A stretch of 64,000 nucleotides of DNA from Octopus sinensis (GCF_006345805.1 NC_042997.1:71424001-71488000), one strand, 5' to 3'; positions 24,357-36,036 are shown, numbered from the stretch's first letter. A program made the numbers and translations. The notes: generated from the letters alone by a model not told the origin.

Positions 24357-25815
24357 TCGTTTGGTTTGTACTGTTTGGTTGTGTTATTGCTGAAGGTGAG
24401 GAAATTGTTGCTGTTGTTAAACTTGTTGATATTTGTTTGAAAAAAAGAACCGTTTATTACTTCTTTTTTTTTAAGCAATTTGTTAATTACCTCGCGGGAA
24501 GAAGAATTGTTGTCGTTCAAAAACTTTTTTGCTGTGCGAATTTTCTGCGTTGCCATTTTTGAAATGGAACCAGAAATATTGTCTTCGGAGATTGAATCTC
24601 CAAACCAGGACTAACCAAGGAAGTGCCAAACGGAAGAATCACTGAAGCATAGTACAAGTAAAACAACACCTAGAAAGGAGGAGAAAACAAAGTTGATCGT
24701 GAGGAGGAACGTGGAGGTGTCCAGTCTTGCAACTGGAGAAGCACAAAGTGGTACGGAGATGAGCTTCGCAGCAGCTGCCGGGAGTGAGACTAGGAAGATT
24801 AATAGTGAAAATTTAAGAGAGCACAGAGAGTTATTGTCAAGGGAGTGGACCGAAATTAAAGTGCCCCCCAACACACACACAAAACATTACAACAGACGTT
24901 CTGGAAAAGATGATCATTTTCAAAACATAAAATGTGGAGAAAAAAAGGAAAAAGAATATGTGGATGAAAAAAAACATTGAAAAATGTTTGAAAAAGCCCA
25001 AATGTGATAAAATATGTGACAAGGGGAAAAAGAAATGCTACCACAGAAGTAAGAATAGAGTCGGCAAAACATCACTCTCTCGAACCATTAAGAACGGAGG
25101 AGGTGGTACTCCTGCCCATATATATGGTGAGGAGGGAGAACCTCGTGGATCAAGATTAGCAACGTCCCGCCGGAGGTAAACGCCGAATGGCTAGTGGCAG
25201 CAGTTATGCTGGATTTAGAAGATGAGATATCGCTGTTATCTGCAGAAGTAATGGAAGAAAGAAACTGGACGGGTCAGACAGTAAAAATATTGATCCAAGT
25301 GGAGCCACTGACTCTGGAAAAATATTCCAGAGGTCATTGAGGTGGTGGAAACTAAATTAGTCACGTTGGTTTCGTCAAAGTAATAGCAATTGCGAAAGAG
25401 GCGATATGGAAGTCGAGAATGAAAGGATTATCACCAGACAACTTCATCTCTGCTGTCGGGTTGGTGAGGTTCTTCACCTTTCACCTGAAAAGGTAAGTGG
25501 AGCTGGAGAGAAGATGGCATGTTCAAAGACAGATGGATACGTGTAGCACGAATGTTGCGCGTGAAAGACTCCTCATGAACATGCCATAAGTCTTAATGAA
25601 AGGTGCCAGCAGTAGAACAGGGCTCGTGGGGTCGGAGCTTAACCTTTTTTTACTACCTTATTGTGTGTTTGTAATTTTGTCTTTTATGTCGTATTTCATT
25701 CGATTTCATTATAACCGCATTTAAATTTTTAATATAATTCATCTGTGTATCTGACCCCGATCAGGCTGTGCTGTTCCCTCTATGATAGCCCCTTGTGGGC
25801 AATAAAGAAACAAAT
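24357..25815 (+). mobile_element. Internally deleted Tx1 unit 3 (ORF1 5' part joined to ORF2 C-terminus and 3' UTR)
   Basis: EMSFAAAAG and NVPPEVNAEWLVAAVML (ORF1), then from ~25370 FVKVIAIAKEAIWKSRMK..FFTFHLKR*VELER..FKDRWIRVARM, matching ORF 59132..59317; same 3' terminus. Confidence 0.78.
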
Positions 25816-25938
25816 TTTTAGAACATGAATTTAAAAAATATATTTCCAGACTGTCAACCCTTTAATCATTGCTTTCTTTTAGTACTTTTAGTAATTGTTA
25901 TATATCTAATTAACAAGTAGCTTTCTCCATTTATAGTA

Positions 25939-26127
25939 TTACATGGAAAAATGCGAGCAGAAGAAATAATATTCTTAAGATTATAAACTTGGAAAATTTC
26001 TTATTCTGTACTTTACCAGATGTAATAACTTGTCCTGAACTTTTCTAAGTGTAATAACTTGCCCTGTAATTTTCCAGGTTTATAATCTTAAGAATATTAT
26101 TTCTATTGCTCACATTTTTCCATGTAA
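25939..26127. mobile_element. Foldback/MITE-like element with ~60-bp inverted arms
   Basis: 25939-25998 is the near-perfect reverse complement of 26068-26127; the spacer holds two copies of tgtaataacttg(t/c)cctg. Confidence 0.75.
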
Positions 26128-26145
26128 TCCATATTTTTCCAGACT

Positions 26146-26222
26146 ATGCTAATTGATACATTTAGTACATTATTAATTAACATAATATGCTAATTAATAA
26201 TGTACCAAATGTATCAATTAGC
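26146..26222. repeat. ~31-bp arm palindrome
   Basis: gctaattgatacatttagtacattattaatt ... aattaataatgtaccaaatgtatcaattagc. Confidence 0.8.
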
Positions 26223-26802
26223 GGTGTCGTTGATAATTTTTCCTTACCTCAATGATGCTGGTGACATATATTAAAGTCCCCTTACGGAACTATATTCATA
26301 AAAAAAGTATAAAACCATAATTATCACCCTCAAATTTGAGAAACAAACACTCATGACTTTTCTTTTAAATCTTCATTGCATGAGATTGATACCATGAAAT
26401 TCCTCAAATTGAGCTCTATCATTTAAGCTTAATTAAAATATACTCTGTTTTTAAAATAAAAAAAATTAATTAATCCACTTTTTTGCGTTACTTATATTTG
26501 TTTCATGATATTTTACCTCACAACTGTTTTGATACAATTTTTTATTGCATGGGATCAAAATCATGAAATTGTTCATGCTTTTTATAATCATCGAAGCTAA
26601 GATAAGTATATTTTGCTTTTAAAATAAATAAAAAAGTTATTTAGATCTAAAATTGACTGGTACCGTTACTTACTCTCCTATAACGATGCTACAAATTTTA
26701 ATGTAAACTATTTTCTACGGGATCAAATCCCAAATTTTTTATGCCAAAATATAGTTAGGGACGGTCCTCTTCAAAATTGCGTATATGTATTCTTTTATTT
26801 TT

Positions 26803-27279
26803 TACTTTTTGTTTCAGTCATATGACTGCGGCCATGCTGGAGCACTGCCTTGAAGGGTTTTAGTCGAATAAATCGACCCCATGACTTATTCTTTGTACGT
26901 CTAGTATTTATTCTATTAGTCCCTTTTTCCGAACCGCTAAGTTACGAGGACGTAAACACACCAACATCGGTTGTCAAGAAAGGCGGCGAGCTGGCAGAAA
27001 CGTTAGCACGCCGGGCGAAATGCTTAGCAGTATTTCGTCAGCCGTTACGTTGTGAGTTCAAATTCCGCCGAGGTCGACTTTGCCTTTCATCCTTTCACGG
27101 TCGATAAATTAAGTACCAGTTACGCACTGGGGTCGATGTAATTGACTTAATACCTATGTCTGTCCTTGTCTGTCCCCTCTGTGTTTAGCCCCTTGTGGGT
27201 AATAAAGAAATAGGTTGTCAAGCGATGGTGATGGTGACAAATACAAAGACACACACATATAAGTCTGTATATATATATC

Positions 27280-27310
<31 letters not shown>

Positions 27311-27467
27311 ATACTGCGGGATTCGTTCAGTTTCTGTCTAACAAATTCACCCACAAGACTTTGGTCGGCCCGAGGCTATAGTAGAAGACACTTGCCCAAG
27401 ATGCCACGCAGTGGGACTGAATCCGAAAGCTTTTGGTTTAGAAGCAAGCTTCTTACCACACAGCCAT
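26803..27467 (-). mobile_element. SINE family A copy interrupted by a family B SINE
   Basis: gactgcggccatgctggagcac...ccaacatcggttgtcaag, then the insert, then ggttgtcaagcgatgg...gacacttgcccaag..accacacagcc. Confidence 0.8.
26979..27212 (+). mobile_element. Intact tRNA-derived SINE (family B) with Tx1-type 3' tail and 10-bp TSD
   Basis: A-box-like TGGCAGAAACG and B-box GAGTTCAAATTCC; tail cccctctgtgtttagccccttgtgggtaataaagaaata; ggttgtcaag duplicated at 26969-26978 and 27213-27222. Confidence 0.88.
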
Positions 27468-27646
27468 ATATATGTTAATGCAATAGAAAAAATTTTTGGC
27501 TTTATTAGATGAAATCTATGATAGAGATATATAATTTTCTCTATACGTATTTTTTGTGATTATATGTGTCTGTATGTTTGTGTGTGTGTATGTGTGTGTG
27601 TGTGTGTGTGGTCTGTGTGTGTGAATGTGTATAAAAATACATTAGT

Positions 27647-29492
27647 ATATTTATATATATACATTTATAGCACATATATATAAATGCGCGTTAATACATA
27701 TATACAAGTCATATATACAAGTACATACACACACTTTCTCTCTCTCTCCCTCTCTCTCTCTTTCTCTCTTTCTCTCTTTCTCTCTCTCTCTCTCTCTCCG
27801 CTCACACACACATATACACACACACACATATTCTAACTTGTTTTGATGTATGCGTACGTGTGAGCACATGTTGACTTATCAACTTCTTATTGAACACACT
27901 GTGGTAATAAGCCATAGATCAAGTGGGTCGGAATGTGTAGTATTCAGCGTATATACAGGTATATGAATATGTATGTGTACTAGCAATCATGCTTTCATAA
28001 ACATATGCCTACATCTATGAATGCATACTCACAACACGTTTGGATGGGGAACGATGGGTACACTGAAACGAAATAAATATAGCGGCAAAAGTACCTGAAA
28101 CCTGATCTTGATCAACCAAGAAATACACGTGACCAGATTTTCACAGGATTAGCGACGCCACAATTGCACATTTATAGTTTTTGTACTGAACACATATCAT
28201 AATATATTCCGTTTGACTCGTGTAAAAACACCAACCAATCAACAATTTGGTCAACAAACTTACTAGCCGACCAATTACATAGAATTCAGTCCACATATTC
28301 ACTATAACATCACATTACCAATACTCTCTTATCCAGCTAGTCTGCTCCATCCCATCTAAACAATCAATGCATACATATTTGTGTGTGTATATATATATAT
28401 ATATATTATATATATATATATATATAATATATATATATTCGTAAATATTTAGGATGGCGAATATTTTTAGAAATTTCACCACCAGAGGCCTAGCATGTAT
28501 AAAAAGTCAATAAACAACATATTCTCAATATAAAATAGTGTACATTTAAACACAAAAGAAAATTTAACCTTGTTATATTTTTTAAGTTTCTATTTTTCAT
28601 CCCTTCGAAAATTGCTCTTAAATGTGGTTTTGGTCGTTTTGACTGCTTCTTCTAGCGTATAAAAATTACCTGTTAAATGTAGTTTTCTCTTGTGTTTAAA
28701 TGTACACTATTTTATATTGAGAATATGTTGTCTATAAATATATATTTATATATATACATTTATAGCACATATATATAAATGCGCGTTAATACATATATAC
28801 AAGTCATATATACAAGTACATACACACACTTTCTCTCTCTCTCTCTCTCTCTCCCTCTCTCTCTCTTTCTCTCTTTCTCTCTCTCTCTCTCTCTCCGCTC
28901 ACACACACATATACACACACACACATATTCTAACTTGTTTTGATGTATGCGTACGTGTGAGCACATGTTGACTTATCAACTTCTTATTGAACACACTGTG
29001 GTAATAAGCCATAGATCAAGTGGGTCGGAATGTGTAGTATTCAGCGTATATACAGGTATATGAATATGTATGTGTACTAGCAATCATGCTTTCATAAACA
29101 TATGCCTACATCTATGAATGCATACTCACAACACGTTTGGATGGGGAACGATGGGTACACTGAAACGAAATAAATATAGCGGCAAAAGTACCTGAAACCT
29201 GATCTTGATCAACCAAGAAATACACGTGACCAGATTTTCACAGGATTAGCGACGCCACAATTGCACATTTATAGTTTTTGTACTGAAACACATATCATAA
29301 TATATTCCGTTTGACTCGTGTAAAAACACCAACCAATCAACAATTTGGTCAACAAACTTACTAGCCGACCAATTACATAGAATTCAGTCCACATATTCAC
29401 TATAACATCACATTACCAATACTCTCTTATCCAGCTAGTCTGCTCCATCCCATCTAAACAATCAATGCATACATATTTGTGTGTGTGTATAT

Positions 29493-29525
<33 letters not shown>

Positions 29526-29828
29526 TCGTAAATATTTAGGATGGCGAATATTTTTAGAAATTTCACCACCAGAGGCCTAGCATGTATAAAAAGTCAATAA
29601 ACAACATATTCTCAATATAAAATAGTGTACATTTAAACACAAAAGAAAATTTAACCTTGTTATATTTTTTTAGTTTCTATTTTTCATTCCCTTCGAAAAT
29701 TGCTCTTAAATGTGGTTTTGGTCGTTTTGACTGCTTCTTCTAGCGTATAAAAATTACCTGTTAAATGTAGTTTTCTCTTGTGTTTAAATGTACACTATTT
29801 TATATTGAGAATATGTTGTCTATAAATA

Positions 29829-29829
<1 letters not shown>
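27647..29829. repeat. Near-identical ~1.09-kb tandem duplication
   Basis: 27647-28740 matches 28742-29829 apart from microsatellite lengths and a few single-base differences; each copy holds a 42-bp inverted repeat (28514-28555 / 28690-28731). Confidence 0.9.
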
Positions 29830-29888
<59 letters not shown>

Positions 29889-29904
29889 TATAAACATACA
29901 TAGG

Positions 29905-30150
29905 CACAGGCGTGGCTGTGTGGAGGAAGCTTGCTTTCCAGTCACAAGCTCTCCGGGTTATAAACAAATGAATAAAATAAATAAAAGTAAATTAAACGAA
30001 CGTGTATAAACAAGGGGTACTGATAATGCAGGCACATCCCCCCCCACACACACACACTTACTAAACATAGAATTACACAGGGATATACGCATGCACAAAT
30101 AAAGACACATATGGCGGTGCCCCAGCATGGCCACAGCTCGTGAGCTGAAA
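29905..30150 (+). mobile_element. SINE family A, head and tail pieces
   Basis: ggcacaggcgtggctgtgtggaggaagcttgc (tRNA-like head) ... ggcggtgccccagcatggccacagc (tail). Confidence 0.6.
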
Positions 30151-30443
30151 CTAGAATCAATCAATCATATAATAGGAATACAACACGGCAGACCATTAGT
30201 AAGGAGAGACGCACAAAAAAGATACAGGGAAGCAAAGGAACATTGATGAGGTCACAGAAGTGTGACGAAAGAACTTTGGCCGAAATACGATTAATATAAG
30301 ATAAAGCTGAAGCAAGTGAACACCAAATATATAGTGCATGTGTTTTAAATGGCTAAACTGGCAACATGACCATCTACAAATACAACAATATCTGATTTAA
30401 CACACGCATTCACATCAAGAATCTTACAAAAAGAATATATATA

Positions 30444-30495
<52 letters not shown>

Positions 30496-30604
30496 GTAAA
30501 TTAATATTTGACAATTATTCGGTAGCCAAGATAAAACTCTTCGGATGCCGAGGTGGAAATCCACAACACCATCTCTTCGGTTGTCTGGCCAAAGAAAGAG
30601 ACCA

Positions 30605-30705
30605 CAATATTATGTAAATAGAGGAAATTTATCTGTAAAATAATATGTGACAATAATTGTCACATATTATTTTACAGATAAATTTCCTCTATTTACATAA
30701 TATTG
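30605..30705. repeat. Perfect 50-bp inverted repeat with 1-nt spacer
   Basis: caatattatgtaaatagaggaaatttatctgtaaaataatatgtgacaat-a-attgtcacatattattttacagataaatttcctctatttacataatattg. Confidence 0.92.
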
Positions 30706-30762
30706 AGGTCTCTTCTTTCTTCTTTTGTTATCTTACCGTTATTACCAATATATGTATATATA

Positions 30763-30813
<51 letters not shown>

Positions 30814-30935
30814 TTGTGTATATAATATATAATATATATATATATTATATATATATATATTATATATTATATATTTGTGTATATATATATATATATAGAT
30901 ATATATATATATATATATCTATATATATATATATC

Positions 30936-30970
<35 letters not shown>

Positions 30971-31150
30971 ATTAGGGCTTAGTAAAATAATTACTTTGCC
31001 ACATACTGAACTTAGTAGAAATAGCAGCCAAAAAAAATTTTCTTAGCATTTCTACAACTTAAAGAAAATTTCTCTCAGATAATGTTTACTCCAGACAGCC
31101 CACGAAGGTTTGGAGGTAAATACAGAAAAATATCACAAGTACATAGATCG

Positions 31151-31213
31151 TTTGAGTACGTCAACGTTTCAAGATTAGCCAAATAAAATCAGCATTTCTT
31201 TCGTCAGCTCAAA
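31151..31213 (-). ncRNA. Canonical type I hammerhead ribozyme
   Basis: Minus strand: TTTGAG-CTGACGA-AAGA[22 nt]TCTT-GAA-ACG ttga CGT-A-CTCAAA. 6-bp stem I, 4-bp stem II base, 3-bp stem III, GUA triplet, intact core. Confidence 0.85.
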
Positions 31214-31462
31214 GTTTCTTAATTTGGATTTGGAAACACTAAAAAGAAGGAACATATATATATATGTAAATGTACATGTATATATACATGTATATGCATA
31301 TGTATATATATATATGTATGTATGTATGTATATCTATATATATACATGTATATAAAGATATACGTATATATAGAGAGAGAGTTTACGAAAAAAACAAAAG
31401 ACGAAGACAGGTGGTGTACAAAACAAACAGATGTATTAGTATAATGCTCAGGAATAGAAAAA

Positions 31463-31504
31463 GTCCTTTACGTTTCGAGCCTACGCTCTTCTACAGAAAG
31501 GGAC
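31463..31504 (-). ncRNA. Minimal hammerhead-like motif with core variant (CUGUAGA)
   Basis: Minus strand: gtcccttt-CTGTAGA-A-GAGC gtag GCTC-GAAA-CG-TA-aaggac. A6 is replaced by U; stem III is a palindromic ACGT. Confidence 0.5.
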
Positions 31505-31578
31505 ACAGAAAAAACAAGGAGAGAAAAGTGTGTGTAGTGGCTAACGATCTATCATGGCGTCTCATGATAGTTATATAC

Positions 31579-32079
<501 letters not shown>

Positions 32080-32136
32080 TCCGTTTCAGCACACGATCTC
32101 AGATCAAATTACTTGCTATGCGAGTACATCTCCGTA

Positions 32137-32189
<53 letters not shown>

Positions 32190-32988
32190 TGCATGCATGT
32201 ATGTATGTATGCATGTATGTATGTATGTATGTATGTATGTATGTATGTATGCATGTATATTCTGTTGTGTCTGGGGAGAGTCATTCTCTTTTGGTGCCTT
32301 ATAATTCAACTCACCAGTAAAATTTCCACTTATTTATTTTTTATTTTTTAAAATTTTCGTTGCGTCTTGCCACCTTTTCAATAGTCGTTGACTCTGTCTC
32401 TTACTCACACTGCGTTCCTTTCTGTTTGTTTGCGCGCATGAATGTGGATTAGTGTGTTTGTGTGTGCCTATACATGCATGCATGTATGGATGTGTGTGTA
32501 TGCATGTATGTGTGTGCATATGTATCTATCTATGTACATTTGTATGTATCCTGCATATTAATGTGTTTGCATGTCAATGCTTGTGTGTTTTACGTATGTG
32601 CGTGTGTGTGTGTGTTTGTATATGTGTGTGTACCTCTATCTTCTTATGCATGCTGAGTGTGTGTGCGTGTTTATGTGTGTGTGTGTGTGTGTGTATGTGT
32701 GTGTGTGTGTTTTGCAACTATGTACCCTGTTTGTATGTATGGATGTGCACCTCCACATGTGTGGACGTGTGTCTCCATATGTATCTTTGTGTGAAGTGAA
32801 GTGCCTGTGTATATATGGTCATGTGTTTCTATCTTCATTTGCGTATGTGTTCTCGTTTGTTCATATAACTTATGTAACTATCCGTCTGTATGTTGATCTG
32901 TTTATTTTCATATTCATATGCTTACATACATGTGCATACACATATATATTCATACACCCATACACACACACATATGCATACATCTATC

Positions 32989-33030
<42 letters not shown>

Positions 33031-33031
33031 A

Positions 33032-33091
<60 letters not shown>

Positions 33092-33120
33092 ATTAACCTC
33101 GCTAAGTTAAATATTTAAAT

Positions 33121-33183
33121 CACCTGAAGAATGACTGTAACTCGAAATTTTAAGAATTGGACAGCCATGAAACGATCGTAGTG
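33121..33183 (+). ncRNA. Type I hammerhead motif with palindromic stem III
   Basis: CAC-CTGAAGA-ATGaCTGT..ACAGcCAT-GAA-ACG at CGT-A-GTG. Intact core and GUA triplet; stem I only 3 bp. Confidence 0.65.
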
Positions 33184-33950
33184 TCATACTAATTATGTTT
33201 TTTTAATAATTTTGATATATATTTAAAATAATATAAATTAATTAATCTTATGTATTGGCTTAAGTTTTTCATTGTATGATTTGCCTAATAGTGGTTTTAT
33301 CTCTAATTTAATATAATATATATATACATACGCCCACACACATACATACATCTATCTACATAACAGCCCACTATCTATTTTATTCTACCTGTGTAAACTG
33401 TAGGTAAGAAGGTATGATCTCTACTATATATATTTCCCATTTAGCATAAGGGAAATTTCATTTATGAGGACGTACTCCCGTATTTGTCTGAGTGTTGGGT
33501 CCTTTGGGTACTTAGATAAGATGCGGATGTCAAGTTGACCCAGGTTACCTCCATGTTAGTCTTTTGCATGTTGGTAGAGTATGGAGGGCTGTTTTTGTCG
33601 TCATATTGTCTCAAATGTTCATTTGGTCGTTCCGCAATGCTCCTAGATGTCTCCCCTATGTATATCATGTTCATGTCTTTACAAGCACCTTCTATACATC
33701 TTATGCTGTCAACTACATTTCTAGTTCTACAGTTAATGCCAGGGTTAATCATACATGTCACGCAGCATCATATGGTATTCTCAAAGGGGTACGACCTACA
33801 TAGTTGTGATGTGAGGGAGTTTCCTGGCTTTCCAACAATCTTAATGTTGAGTTTGGGCTCCTTCAGAGCTTTCCTAAATCTACGGGGTAGTTCTCCATGG
33901 GCTGTAGCCTCTACAAACATCACTCCTTGATATTTGTCGGTTTTATACCA

Positions 33951-35171
33951 AGCAATATCGTTTCCCTCATTGCTATCTTCACTGTTTGAGAAGAGTATTA
34001 AGAATAATCTCGTTCGAGATTACAAACATCTTAGGCTAGTTTAACGTTGTTGTAAACACTAATCCGATGGGTTAACACGTGACGCGATTTGTCTCTACCT
34101 ATTTTCGCGCCACTGATTGACATGTGACACGAGTGGTCTCTACTACGTTCGCACCGCTGGTTGTCACGTGACGCGATTTGCCTCCGCTTATTTTCGCGCC
34201 ATTTGTTCCAAGCAGCCAATCACAGCTTTTCATTTCTGAAGTTCGTTTGAGCCACATAAACCTTATATAAAGAAGTGTTCTCAGACACTTTTCGTCTTTG
34301 GTTCTAGTTCTTCTCAGAACTGACCTCTGACCACCGAGCTCGTCTTAGGTTACAGTCCTTTTCAGGGCGGACCTCTGACCACACAGAGCATACCAACCAC
34401 GTTCCGGTTCGAAAGGCAGGCGATCACCAAGCATAACTATCCACGAAGATTTAGCTTGTACACAAGATGTTACAGATTCCTCTCATACTGTTAGTGTGAA
34501 AATATCACCACGAAAAGAACGGTTACAGGATATCTATAACTAGAGAAAAATAACTAAGCAGAATATATAATGAAGACGCAGCAAAAACCAAGCGACAGAC
34601 ACAACTCATCGTCTCTATCTACGAAGATTTAATTTGTACACAAGACAACTACAGATTCAACTCTAGCGGTTAGGTGGAAATCTCACCAGGGATAAAACGG
34701 CTACGGTTAATATATCTGGAAGTATATTCATATCAAGAGAAAGATAAACACAAGTGATTCAATTAATCTCAACTACGAGACGCAACATCTTGATATGGAG
34801 CTCTTACACTCCGTGTACCTCATAAACGGTAAATCAATTATCTGTCTTGAGTTCTAGTTCTTCTAAGAACTACCTTAAGTCATCTGCTACTATCTGTTGC
34901 TATGTCAATCACATTCACCTGATTTGCTCTGTCGCACTCACGAACACACGGACACAAAACATGCTAACACTTACAAACTTCCAACATCAGCGTGATTGTA
35001 AAATATGTGAAATAAATAATGTATATATCTCAAAAAGAAATCTTGTTGTCATTCCACTTGTGTTCTATTGCCGCTGTATGTATTATATAGTCAGTAATAA
35101 TTCATTAAGAATGGGATCGCATGCGATTGTATTCCCTATACGATACGACCGCATGTGATCCTATTTTTATA
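33951..35171. mobile_element. Unclassified 1.22-kb insertion with 11-bp TSD inside the PLE
   Basis: gttttatacca at 33940-33950 and 35172-35182; removing the insert restores NTWYKTDKYQG. Contains CCAAT (34216), TATATAAA (34264), AATAAA (35011), internal direct repeats and end hairpins. Confidence 0.75.
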
Positions 35172-35613
35172 GTTTTATACCACGTGTTCGCTCTGTTTGC
35201 TTTGTCACAAGTTCTTTGTATCCTATTCCAGTCTTTGTTGCTACATCTAGGGCAGGTACCACTGGTATTATTACGTATAATGTTATCTAATTTCTTATTA
35301 GCACCCCTGTATACACGAACCCTATATTTCTGATCATATCCAGAGAACTGCATGCGATACATGAAGTTCTGTATAAGTTTTTTCATTTCATAGGATTCGC
35401 ATAGTGGGGACACGTTGTTCATTATCCTAACTAAATCTGCTATCAGTATATCAATTTTCAAAGTTCTGTGACAAAGCTGAGTTCTTGTGTCCAACATATT
35501 TTGAAGCTATAGGTTGCATGTAATTGGAGTAGAGGAGCTGCACACTATTATTCGCAGTCTCTAACCAAAGTTCAGTAACAAGTATATATATATATATATG
35601 CATGTATATATAT

Positions 35614-36036
35614 AGGAGGAAGCCCATTTCCCTCGTATTGACATTACCGAACTCCACTTCACTCTCACAGACTACCTGAATGCATTTCTTCACAGCAAAA
35701 TCTATGTCTATAGATGGGTGGAGTGAAATCACATCCATACTACACACTACACAACCTGTGAGGTAGTTGGAGTAGTTGCAAGTACTGATTTTTCTGAGGA
35801 GATCTTCCTTGCTCACACAGACATCTGGAGACATCTCTATGAGAGGTCGTAATACATGTGAGAGGAAGTAGGACAGTCTATAGTTTCTAGAGATATTCGC
35901 TCCGCAAACTGGTATGGTTGTGGGCCCCATGACAGGGTTTATGTAGGGTTTGTGGTCCTTGCGTAACACGTATAGTGTAGGGACATCATTGTTGGATGCT
36001 TGGAAATTGTGTGCCGTCCTTTTCATAGGTTGGAGT
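35614..36036 (-). repeat. 423-bp near-identical copy of PLE RT segment 36581-37003 inserted downstream
   Basis: Direct repeat with offset 967; I see about 2 mismatches; a (TA)-rich filler 35583-35613 lies at one junction. Confidence 0.92.

Noticed and set aside
30505-30590. Hammerhead-like motif on minus (CCGAAGA-GATG..CATC)
   Set aside because: U4 and the GAAA/stem III are missing; too degenerate to call.
33755-33785. In-frame TGA beside cysteines in the PLE linker (ENTI*CCVTC) as possible selenocysteine
   Set aside because: The element has many other stops and frameshifts, and no SECIS was recognised. One TGA in a decayed copy is not evidence; the family consensus would be needed.
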